Of a stretch of DNA of 32,000 bases, positions 11,123-22,383 are shown piece after piece. Source of the stretch: Mycoplasma mycoides subsp. capri (GTDB lineage: Bacteria > Bacillota_I > Bacilli_A > Mycoplasmatales > Mycoplasmataceae); the NCBI RefSeq assembly GCF_018389705.1, contig NZ_CP065581.1, positions 480,001-512,000 on the forward strand, written 5' to 3'. How positions within the stretch are numbered: position 1 is the first letter of the stretch; the number at the start of each line of letters is the position of its first letter. A program made the translations under genes and the position numbers. The notes beneath the pieces were generated by a model. It saw only the letters and a program-made list of their open reading frames with translations, searched no databases and was not told the origin of the DNA.

Positions 11123-12239
11123 ATGAAAAAACTATTAACAATTTTAACTAGTACTAGTGCTATATTTTTAATAACAGCAGGAATAGTTTTAGTTAATAAA
11201 GAAGACAATCTGAGGATAAATTACAATATTACTTATTATCAAAGAAATGAGATAAAAGATGGTAAATTAGTTAAAATTGGATACTATCAGTGAGGAAAAC
11301 ATAAAAGAATTGAACAAATACCTACTACAATAAATGTAATAGCAGCTCAACTACCAAAAGAAATAACTAGTTTAAGATATGCATTTGCAGGAGCTAGACA
11401 TAATGTAACATGAGAAGTAAAATGAGATACTTCAAATGTTACTGATATGAATAGTCTATTTTATGGACGTGATCAGTTTAATAGTTCAGACATATTAGAT
11501 TGAGATACTTCAAATGTTACAGATATGAGTGAAATGTTTGCAGGAGCAACTGAGTTTAATCAAGATTTATCAAAATGAAATGTTTCTAAAGTAAAAGATA
11601 TGAGTAAGATGTTTAATGGTGCTATTTCTTTTACTTATGATTTATCAAGTTGAGAATTATCTAATAATGTAAAAAAAGATAATTTTGGTTTAAATGAAGA
11701 AAAACAACCAAAATGAAAGAAGCTAGAAGAAACATTGGCTGTTAAAAATAATGAAACAACAACAAATTTAAATTCTTCACCAAAACAAACGTCACCTAAA
11801 ACTCCAGATACTTCTGATATTACTAATAACAATATTTGATTTATCTAATTCAACAATAGAATTAGAAAATGAAAAAATTTTAGAAAATACACCTACTAAA
11901 GAAGATGAACCAAAACTAGAAGAATCAACTAATATGAATTCTGATCAATCAAATCAAACTGAACCACTTATAAAACCTGAATCAATTATAGAAAATGAAA
12001 CTATAGAAGAATCAACTGATTTAAAAGATAATATATCTTCAAAATCAAATAATGAAAAAAATCTAATAATTCCTCATGCTAAATCTAGTTTAAAAAATGT
12101 TTCTAATCAAAAAACAAAAGCTATTGTTAGTGGTGTTGTAGGATCAACAGCAGTTATAACAACTACATCAGTAGCTGGTTTTAGTTATTATTATCGCAAG
12201 AATTTAAAAGATTTATTTTTAAAACTAAAAAAAAGATGA
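11123..12239 (+). pseudogene. DUF285/BspA-like surface protein gene interrupted by an apparent 1-nt frameshift
   Basis: Frame 1 (11123-11848, 241 aa) has a signal and DUF285 repeats ([38 protein letters not shown]), then stops at ...NNNIWFI*. The next frame continues DLSNSTIELENEKILENTPTKEDEPK... through a C-terminal TM anchor to 12239. Confidence 0.75.
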
Positions 12240-12271
12240 TTTAAATCTAACTAAGTTAGAAATCATCTTTT

Positions 12272-13072
12272 TTATTTATTTAATAAGAATGGTTCTAATA
12301 TTTTTATAAATGAATCTCAGTCTTCTTCAAATACCATATGACCAGTTTTTGGAATTCAAGTAGTAATTACATTTTTAACTTCATCTTGATAGTATTTTAA
12401 ACAAGCTTTTCTATTTACAACACCATCTTTTTCACCAAGAATTAATAAGGTAGGTATTTTAATAGTTTTAATTGCTTGATAAATTTGTTCATGTAGTTCT
12501 TTTGAAACTAAAGTTTTTCCTAGATCAGTTAATTCTTTAGTATTATAATCATTACCTGAAAAATGTCATTTAGCTAATCGCATTCATTTAGGATCTTTAG
12601 TTAAAAATGAAGGATCATAATATAGTGAACCTAAAAAATCAGTTGTAAATTCTTCAAATGTTTTTGGAAAATAATCATGTAAAAAATTATTATTAACATC
12701 TTCACTAGCTTTATTCATAGGACATACGTATACTAATTTGTTAAATAATTCAGGAGCTAGTTGATAAGCTAATGAAATAGTTCCACCACCCATAGAATGA
12801 CCAATTAAAGTAACGTTTTTTAAATTATTATTTTTAACAAATTCAACTACTAGTTTTGCAAATTGTAATACTGAAATTTCATGATCTTTAATTGGTTTTA
12901 CATTATTATTTCCTGGAAATTGTAGTGCATAATAATTTGATTTAGTTCAATAATTTTTAAAAATATTAAAAACATTTATTGAAGCATTAAAACCATGACA
13001 AAAGATAATATTTTCTGTTTCATTATTATTATCTTTAAATATATAGTCATAATCATAAATTATTTTTTTCAT
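12272..13072 (-). CDS. Alpha/beta hydrolase (lipase/esterase-like), 266 aa, copy 1
   Basis: GHSMGGG nucleophile elbow, LLILGEKDGVV, KTGHMVFEED. Confidence 0.88.
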
Positions 13073-13074
13073 AT

Positions 13075-13869
13075 CTAACCTATTTTTAAAAAGTTTTCTA
13101 CTATTTTAATAAACTCATCAAAGTTTTCTTCAAATACTCTATGGCCTGTTTTTCTAATTCAATGTGATTCAACATTTTTTACATGTTTTTTAAAATAATC
13201 TAAACACTCATCTCTTAAAATCACACCATCTTTTTCACCAAGAATTAATAATGTTGGAATAGTAATTGAATCTAAACCTTTTTCAATTAGTTCAAAAGTT
13301 TTAGCTTTAGGTGTACCTAATTTAATGATTAAATCATTATCATACATTTCTGGATTAAAATTTTGCTTTGCTTTTTTCATTCATTCTTTATTTGAAGTTA
13401 AAAATGATGGATCATAATATAAAGAAGTTAGTGTGTTATTTATATAATCATCAAATGTTTTTGGAAAATAATCAATTTTATATCTTGGATATAATGGAAG
13501 TTGAGTTTTATTCATTGGTGTTATAAAAATTAGTTTTTTAAATAAATCAGGACGCATTTTATAAGCAATAGCTAATGTTCCTCCACCCATAGATTTACCA
13601 ACAGCAACTACATTTTTAATTTGGTTTTGTTCTATAAAATCAATTAATAATTGAGCAAAACCTTCAACTGTAACTTTATGATCTTTAACTGGTTTTACTA
13701 ATTGAGATCCTGGAAATTGAATTGAATAATAATTTGTTTTAGTTCAATATTTTTCAAAGATTTCAAAAGCTTTATATGATGAGTTAAACCCATGTACATA
13801 AATAATGTTTAGATCAGAATTATTATTGTCTTTAAAAACATAGTCATAATCATATATTAGTTTTTTCAT
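13075..13869 (-). CDS. Alpha/beta hydrolase paralog, 264 aa, copy 2
   Basis: GKSMGGG elbow, LLILGEKDGVILRDECLDYF, KTGHRVFEEN; close paralog of copies 1 and 3. Confidence 0.88.
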
Positions 13870-13870
13870 A

Positions 13871-14665
13871 CTAATTAGTTTTATTTAAAAAGTTTTCAAC
13901 TATTTTAATAAACTCTTCAAAGTTTTCTTGAAAGACCATATGACCTGTTTTTTTCATTCAATGCATTTCAACACTTTTTACGTGCTGTTTAAAATAATCT
14001 AAACACTCATCTCTTAAAATCACACCATCTTTTTCACCAAGAATTAATAAACTTGGTATTTTAATAGCATCTAGTCCTTGTTCTATTAATTCAAAAGTAT
14101 GATCTTTTGGTTCACCTAGTTCAACAATAACATCATTATTATAAACATAAGGATCAAATTCTTGTTTTGCTTGTTTCATTCATTCTTGATTTGAAGTTAG
14201 AATTGATGGATCATAGTATAAAGATGAAAGTGTATTATTTATATATTCATCAAATGTTTTTGGAAAATAATCAATTTTATATTGTTCATATAAAGCACGT
14301 TGTGGTTTATTCATCGGAGTTATAAAAATTAGTTTTTTAAATAAATCAGGACGCATTTTATAAGCAATACTAATAACTCCTCCACCCATAGAATGTCCAA
14401 TAGCAACAACATTTTTAATTTGATTTTGTTCTATAAAATCAATTAATAATTGAGCAAAACCTTCAACACTTACTTTATGATCTTTAACTGTTTTTACTAG
14501 ATTTGATCCTGGAAATTGTAGTGCATAATAATTTGATCTTGTTCAATATTTTTCAAATATTTCAAAAGTTCTTGGTGAAGAATTATACCCATGAACAAAA
14601 ATAATACTTTCATCATCATTATTATTGTTTTTAAATACGTAATTATAATCATAAATTAGATTCAT
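13871..14665 (-). CDS. Alpha/beta hydrolase paralog, 264 aa, copy 3
   Basis: GHSMGGG elbow, LLILGEKDGVILRDECLDYF, KTGHMVFQEN; about 2 nt from copy 2. Confidence 0.88.
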
Positions 14666-14850
14666 ATCATTCTCCTAATGTAATTCTAAAAACATTTTAT
14701 TACATCATATTAGTTTTTTGTTAATTCTAAAAACATATGTTTTTATTTTCATATTTTAAAAATAGTTTGATATTTGTATATAAAAATAAGTTTACAATTA
14801 AGGTGATGATTTATATAAAATATAAATTAAACTTGTTAAGAAAGGTTAAT

Positions 14851-15195
14851 ATGAAAAAAGTTATTAAATTTCTAGTTATTGAAAAAATAGATGATAAAAA
14901 TGAATACTATTTAAGAATGACTTCAGAAATGCAAGATGACATTGGTACAGTTTCTTATTTACAATTTAAAAACACAGATAAAAAACACTTAAAAGAAGAT
15001 GATATCTTTTTAGCTTTAGAAGCTTCAAAAGCTATTTTAAATTTAAAAATGCCACTTGATGCAACTGTAGTTAAATGAAATCAAAAAGCATTAGAAAATC
15101 CTAAATTAATTAGTTCTCATGATGATAATGAAAACTGAATTATGGTTTTAAGTGATATTGATGAAAATAAATTTATGAGTTTAGAAGACTTTTAA
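14851..15195 (+). CDS. GcvH-like lipoyl-domain protein, 114 aa
   Basis: EASKAILNLKMPLDATVVKWN matches the lipoyl-lysine region of H-protein-like domains, in a GcvH-sized ORF. Confidence 0.85.
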
Positions 15196-15196
15196 A

Positions 15197-16054
15197 ATGA
15201 ATACAAATCTTAGTATAAAAAAACTTGATGATTTAATTAATCAAAATGATAGTTTAATAATTGCAATTGGATCTGAAATTTATCAAACTAATAAACAACT
15301 TGAATTTGAAAATAACTTTAGTGATTTTATAAAAGAGTTTTGCTTTATAGATTTTAAACAAGCTAGTGTTTATCCATTTTTAGATATTAAAAACTATTGA
15401 GCATTTTTTTCAAGATATATTAAGTTAAATTATTTTGATCAAAAACTAGATAATAGCTTTATTGATTTAAAAAACTATTTAAATAATAAAAATTATTTTA
15501 TTATTACAACTAATCGTGATAATAGTTTAGAGTTAGCTGGATTTGATTTAAATAAGATTTTTTATTTAGATAGTAAATTAAACTTATTAGAATGTTCTAA
15601 AAAATGTAGTGATGAACTTTATATTAATGATGATGCTATTTTAAATATGGCAAATAATCAAAAAAATCTAAAAGTAGAATTAGAACAAATTCCAATTTGT
15701 AAAAAATGTAATAGTTATTTAAAAGTACATCAGCGTTTTTGATGTCAAGTGTTTATTAAAGATGATGAATTTTTACAAACTCAAAATAACTATCAAAAAT
15801 TTATTAATCAAAATAAAGATAAAAAAATGTTATTTTGAGAAATTGGTATTAATTTTAATAACCAATTAACTGTTAAAAAACCTTTTTGACAAATGGTTGA
15901 ACAATTTAATAAAGCAACTTATTTAGCTATGAATAAAAAGATTTATCGCATTCCTTTAGAAATTAGATCTAAATCAATTACATATACAAATGATCTTAAT
16001 TTAGCAATTAAAAACTTAGAAGAGGTAAAAAATGGTACTAATAGAACCAATTAG
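15197..16054 (+). CDS. Divergent SirTM-class (class M) sirtuin-like protein, 285 aa
   Basis: YPFLDIKNYWAFFSRYIKLNYF, NYFIITTNRDNSLELAGFDLNKIFYL, two CxxC pairs (ECSKKC, ICKKC), KKMLFWEIG, KKPFWQMVEQFNKATYLAMN resemble SirTM sirtuins; located between GcvH-like and LplA-like genes. Confidence 0.78.
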
Positions 16055-17069
16055 AAATGGTAAGTATATAAAAGATGGTGCTTATTGATTAGCAATTCAA
16101 ATTTGAGCAGCTAGTAATTTAAAAATAGATGATATTATTGTTTTTCCAAGTATTGCAGATCCTCATATTCAAATGGGATATTTTCAAAACCCAGAAGTTG
16201 AAGTAAACTTTAAATATTTAAAAGAAAAAAACTTAGAAATAGTTAGAAGAGCTACTGGTGGAGGAACAATTTATATTGATTCAAATTCAGTTAATATTTG
16301 TTATTTAATTCCATATAAAAAAGGTACTGAAATTTTAGGAAATTATGCTAAGTTTTATGAACCAACTATTAGAATTTTAAAAGAACTAGGAGCTAAAAAT
16401 ATTACTCAATCTGGTAAAAACGATTTAACTATTGATGGTAAAAAAGTTTCTGGAGCTGCTATGATGCTATTAGATGATGTTATTTATGGTGGAAATTCAT
16501 TACTTTATAATGTTGATTATGATGCAATGAGCCAAGTATTAAATCCAAACCGTAAAAAAATTGAAGCTAAAGGTGTTAAATCAGTTTCTCAAAGAGTAGC
16601 AGCTTTAAGTCAATATTTAGATGAACCTTATAGAAATTTAGATATATTTGAATTTAAAGACTTAATGATTAAAAAAATCTTTAATGTTGATGATTTAAAA
16701 GATGTTAATCGCTATATAATGACTGATAAAGATTGAGAACAAGTTGATGAATTAATTAAAACTAGATATAAAAACTGAGAATGAACTTATGGTTTAAGTC
16801 CTAGATATGAATATAACCGTGATGCTAGATTAGCAATTGGTACTATTAACTTTTCATTAGCTATTGAAAATCAAAGAATTGAAAAAATTAAAATTAGTGG
16901 TGATTTTTTTGCTAAAAAAGATTTATTAGAATTAGAAAAAGCTTTAATAGGAACTAAAATGACTCATGAAGATTTATTAAAAGCATTTAATGATGCTGAT
17001 CTTCAAAGTTACTTCTTTAATGAAATTAAACCAGAAGAAGTAGTAAAAATCATTTTAGATGAAGAATAA
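16032..17069 (+). CDS. Lipoate-protein ligase A-like protein, 345 aa
   Basis: RRATGGGTIYID, GKNDLTIDGKKVSGAAMM, HGGNS-like YGGNSLLYNVD, and a C-terminal accessory domain with SPRYEYNRDARL; overlaps the upstream gene by 23 nt. Confidence 0.9.
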
Positions 17070-18247
17070 TGAATAAATATCAAAAATTATTTGAACCATT
17101 TGAAATAAATGGATTTAAATTAGAAAATCGTTTTGTACTTTCACCAATGACTTTAAGTTTAGCTACTTTAGATGGAAAAATAACAACTCAAGAAGCTGAT
17201 TATGTTAAAAGAAGAGCTCATTCAGCACCACTTCAAATAACTGGAGGAGTTTATTTTGATGAATTTGGACAATTATTTGAATATGGAATTAGTGCAAAAA
17301 GTGATGATGATATACCTAGTTTAAGTAGTTTATATCAAGCAATGAAAACTGATTCTAATTGTGTTATTTTACAATTAGCTCATGCTGGAAAATTTTCAAA
17401 AACCTCATTAAAAAAATATGGTTATTTATATGGTCCATCTTATGAAAAAAATCATACTCCAATTGAACATGAAGTTTTAGAATTATCAAAAGAGAGAATT
17501 AAACAAATTATAAAAGACTATAAAGATGCTACTTTAAGAGTAATTAAAGCAGGATTTAATGGTGTTGAAATTTCAATGGCTCAACGTTTATTAATGCAAA
17601 CTTTTTTTAGTCAAATAATAAATAAAAGAACTGATGAATACTCAACAACAACATTTGAAAATAGATCTAGATTTTGTTTAGAAGTAGTTAAAGCTATAAG
17701 AGAAGTAATTGATAAACATGCTCCAAAAAACTTTATTTTTGGATTTAGAGCAACTCCTGAAGAAACTTATGGAGATATTTTAGGATATACAATTGAAGAT
17801 TTTATTCAGCTTGTAGATAAAATTATTGAGATTGGAAAAATCTCATATTTAGCGATTGCTAGTTGAGGTCATGATATTTATTTAAATAAAGTAAGATCAA
17901 ATACTAAATATAAAAATCAACTAGTTAATAAAGTAATTTATGATGTTTATAAAAATAAATTACCTGTTATTTCATCTGGTGGAATTAATACACCAGATAA
18001 ATGTTTAGAAGCCTTAAAATATTCTGATTTAGTTGGATTAAGTTCAGTATTTGTAGCTGATCCTGAATTTGTTTTAAAAATTAAGAATGACCAAATTGAT
18101 CAAGTTAATTTATCAGTTAAACATGATCAATTAAAAGATTTAAAAATTCCTGAATCTTCATTTCAAGATGTAGTTAATATGTTTAGTTTTTGTGAAACTA
18201 TTCCAAGTGAAACTATTAAAACATTTGAAAATAATTCAAAAGAATAA
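17069..18247 (+). CDS. Old Yellow Enzyme-like NADH-dependent flavin oxidoreductase, 392 aa
   Basis: LENRFVLSPMT, ILQLAHAGK, NGVEISMAQRLLMQTFFSQIINKRTDEY, ENRSRFCLEVVKAIRE, VISSGGINTPDK; starts 1 nt inside the ligase stop codon. Confidence 0.87.
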
Positions 18248-18257
18248 ACAGATAATA

Positions 18258-18289
18258 AAAACCTCTACTTTTTAAAAAGTAGAGGTTTT
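18258..18289. terminator. Intrinsic bidirectional terminator
   Basis: Perfect 16-bp inverted repeat AAAACCTCTACTTTTT/AAAAAGTAGAGGTTTT. Confidence 0.85.
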
Positions 18290-18297
18290 CTTTTTTA

Positions 18298-21200
18298 TTA
18301 TTTATTCTTTTTCTTTTTAATTAATATAACAACTGAACTTATTGCTAGAATCGCTAATATAGAAACAGCACTAACAGCTACAAAAGCAGTTTTATTATTT
18401 ACATTTTTAGTTTGTGGTTTATTATCTGGTTTTACTTGATTATCAGGTTTTTTATCAGTATTAGTTGGTTGATCTGGTTTTGATTCAGGTTTTTTATTGT
18501 CAGTTGGTTTATCAGGTTTTGTTGGAGTTATTGGTTTAGTTGAGTCAGTTGGTTTTGAATCAGTTGGTTTTAATGATTCATCAGGTTTTATAGGTTGGTC
18601 AGGTTTATTTGGTTTTATTGGATCAACTGGTTTGTTTGGAGTTGAATTGTGTGGAGTTATTACTGGGTATAAGAATCAATCATCTTCATTGTTAAATGTT
18701 GATCGTTCTACAGCATTATTTGGTTTAATAGGTGTATGTGGTGTTTTTGGTTGATCATTTCTAAAGAATCAATAATCATTATCATCAAATATAGAGTTTT
18801 CTCAAATTATACGATCTGGTTTTTTAATATTAAATGATACTAAAACATCTCCTAAATATTTACCACTCTTTTTAGCACTAATAATAGCTGATTTTTTTTC
18901 TATGTTTCTTACATATAAATATTTAATTTCAACATCTTTATTTAAACTAACAAGTTTTTTAAGTATTTCATTAGCAGATCTATAACTAATTTCACCTAAT
19001 TGATCTTTTTTAATTACTTTTAATAAAGAAGTTTTATTTGTAGTTATAGGATGAATAGGTTTAACAGGTGGAGTTGGAACTGGTTGAGGTTGAGGAATTG
19101 GAGTTGGAGCTGGAGCTGGTTCAACTGGATTAGGAGTAGGAATTGGTTCAACTGGAGCTGGTTTTGGTTGAGGTTGAGGAACTGGAGCTGGTTCAACTGG
19201 AGTATTTGAAGAGCTATCTGGTTTTCATTCTGCTTTTCAAGAAGTAGCATTTAAATCATAAGATTCAGTAGCTATGTCTTTATTTTTTAAGTGTTTAAAA
19301 GTTCATTTAGATAAGTCTTGGTTAAATGCTGAAGCATTTTCAAACATATTATTAAAGTATTTAACGTTTTTAATATCAAAATTACTAATGTTATTATTAA
19401 ATACTTTAGCATTTTTAAACATTTTACTCATGTTATTTACATTTGAAGTGTTTCATTTAGATAATTCACCATTAAATTTGGCAGCTCCACTAAACATACC
19501 TTCCATATCAGTTACTTTAGATACATCTCAAGCTTTTTTATTTGACATATCTTTAGTATTGATATTTTGATTAAAGTTTATAGCATCACTAAACATATAT
19601 GACATATCTTTAACTTTAGAAGTATCTCAGTTTGAAATATCTTTATTAAATGAAGTAGCACCTTTAAACATACTACTCATTGACTCAACATTTCTAGTAT
19701 CTCAGTTTGAAATATCACCATTAAATTTAGTTGCTAATTCAAACATACCTTCCATATTTGAAACACTAGTTATATTTCAATCTTTTAGATCTTTATTAAA
19801 TGTTGAAGCGTTTTTAAACATGTCTTGCATATTTTTAACACTAGATACATTTCAACTTGAAATGTCTTGATCAAATTTTATTGCTCCTTCAAACATATGA
19901 GACATATCAATTACTTTTTTAGGTTTTCATTTTGATAATTCATTATTAAATGAAGTTGCATTTTTAAACATTGCACTCATATCAGTAACATTTTCAACGT
20001 TTCATCCATTTAAGTTTTGATTAAAATTAGTTGCTCCTAAAAACATTGAGTTCATGTTTTTTACTTTATCAGTTTTTCAACTACTTAAATCTTGATCAAA
20101 TGCTATAGCGTTTAAAAACATCGAACTCATATCAGTAACATTATCAACTTTATTAAAGATTTTTGAGTTAAATTCTTTAGCATTTAAAAACATTTTACTC
20201 ATGTTTTTTACATTAGAAGTATCTCAACCTGATAGATCTTGATTAAATTTAGTTGCTCCTAAAAACATTCCTGATGTATCTTCAATATTTGACATATCTC
20301 ATTTTTTAATATTTTCATTATTAAATTGATTTGAAAATGCAAACAATTCTTTTGTTGAAGTGATTTCTTTTGGTAAATGATTTGGAACAATTTTTACATC
20401 TTTTGGTAGCTTAATTGCTTGAATTTGTTCTCCATCATCATAATAACCTAATTCATAAACTTCAAAATCTTTATCATCTCAATATGAAATATCTCATTCA
20501 TTTTCTTTAGAAGAAGCATGCTCACCATTAGTTTTTCCTTTAAATTCAACTGCTTTTCAAGCTCTTTTAACTTTACCTACTTCTAAATCTAACTGTTTAT
20601 CATTAAATTTAATTTGAAATACTTGTTTAGTTTTTAAATCATCAGAATCAAACTTAAATCTATTTTCTTGTTGTTTTTGATCTAATAAATTAATTTGGAT
20701 ATTCTTTAATAAATCTTCATTTTTAAATTTATCTTTTAGTTCTTCTAAAATTCATTTAAACTTTTTAGCACTATCTAGTTTATCTTTAAAATCTTTATTT
20801 CAAATATCTTTAATTTTATTTGGGATTTCTTTTTGTTTTCTAGCTTCTGCTTCTGCTTTTTGTTTTTCAATTTCTATTTTGTGTTTATCAATTAATTTAG
20901 TAATTTCTTCATCATATAAAGAATTAGTAGTTTTTAAATAACCCTCATCTGATTTTTTAATAATATTTGAAGTATCTCTTGTACTACGTGGTTTATAATA
21001 GCTAATTCAAGAAGTAGCTCCACTATCTAAATCCGCAGGTTCGCTATTATAAAGTGCTCAATTAGATAAGTTTTTATTAAATGAAGTAGCATTTTTAAAC
21101 ATATCAGTAAAATCAACTACTCCTTTAACATCAAAGTTACTGATATCTTTATTAAAGCTAGTAGCTCCATTAAACATGTCTCTCATAGCTGAAACTTTTC

Positions 21201-22191
21201 TTGTATTTCAATTATAAAGATCACTATTAAAACTAGTAGCTCCTTCAAACATACTTTGCATGTTTTTAACATTTGATACATCTCAAAATACACTATATTT
21301 ATTATTATTTTTTGAGTATTTTGTATTAATGTTCTGATTAAAGTTTTTTGCATCTTTAAACATTTGACTCATTGTTGTAACTTTTGAAGTGTTTCAAGTT
21401 GAGATTTTTCCATTAAATTTAGTTGCATCTAAAAACATAAAACTCATATCAGTTACATTTTTAGTATTTCATTGTTCTAAATCTTGGTTAAATTTTTTTG
21501 CACCCTCGAACATAGATTCCATAATTTCTACATTTGATGTATCTCAATTTTTAACGCTTTGGTCATTAAATTCTTTTGCATCTTTAAATAATTCTTTTAA
21601 TGAAGTAATTTCTCTTGGTAAATCTTTAGGAACTGAAGCTACACCTTTTGGTAGTTTAATTGCTTGAATCTGTCCTTTACCATCGTCATAGTAACCTAGT
21701 TCATAAACTGTGAAATTTTGATCATCTCATCCTGAAGCATCAAATTCATTATCTTTTGAATAAGCATCTTCGTTATTATTATTTTTACCTCTAAATTTCA
21801 TTGGTTTTCAGGCTTTTTTAACATTTCCAGTTTCTAGAGAAATCGCTTTACTATTTACTATAATTTCTAATTTTTGGTCTTTTGCATTAAGTTTAAATCT
21901 ACTTGTTTTTCCTTTTTCAGATTGATCTTTTAATTTAATATCAATTGAATCTAAACCTTCTCTTCTAAGTTTTTCTTTAAGATCTTCTAGAATTCATAAA
22001 AATTTTTGAGCACTATCTATTCTATTTTTAAAATCCCTATTTCAAATTTCATTTATTTTAGTTTCTATTTGATCATTATTTTCAGCATAATAATTAGCAC
22101 TAATATTTGAAACTTTATTTATTAAAAAACTACTACTAGTTGGTACAACTAATAAAGTTGATACAGTTAATAAAGCTAACAACTTTTTCAT
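18298..22191 (-). CDS. Giant DUF285/BspA-like surface protein with internal duplication, Pro-rich stalk and C-terminal TM anchor, 1297 aa
   Basis: Continuous frame with UGA=Trp, checked at several positions; ~19 repeats of the type W(D/N)TSNVxDMSxMFxxAxxFN; QPQPKPAPVEPIPTPNPVEPAPAPTPIPQPQP stalk; terminal AVSAVLSILAILASSVVIFILIKKKKNK. Confidence 0.9.
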
Positions 22192-22339
22192 ATAAAACCC
22201 CATTATAAATTAATACATATCTAAAGTAATTTTATGAAAAGAGCATATTAGTAAAATATTGTCAATATGTAATTTAAAAAAATGTTGTATATACTAAAAA
22301 AAGTTAATCTTTAAACGGTTTTTTATTAATTAAAAAATG

Positions 22340-22365
22340 AAAAAGTTAGCTTAAGCTAACTTTTT
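22340..22365. terminator. Intrinsic terminator
   Basis: Perfect 26-nt palindrome AAAAAGTTAGCTTAAGCTAACTTTTT downstream of the ABC importer operon. Confidence 0.75.
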
Positions 22366-22383
22366 AAAAGAATTAATGAGCTA

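Noticed and set aside
18497-18754. Plus-strand Gly/Val-rich ORF (MSVGLSGFVGVIGLVESVGF...)
   Set aside because: Antisense of the Lys/Pro/Asp-rich stalk of the giant DUF285 protein.
19044-19250. Minus-strand Leu/Asn/Gln-rich ORF
   Set aside because: Alternative frame of the Pro-rich stalk; the in-frame reading connects to the 1297-aa protein.
19000-22100. Possible CRISPR-like or noncoding repeat array
   Set aside because: Repeats are codon-phased DUF285 protein repeats of variable sequence, not uniform repeat/spacer units.
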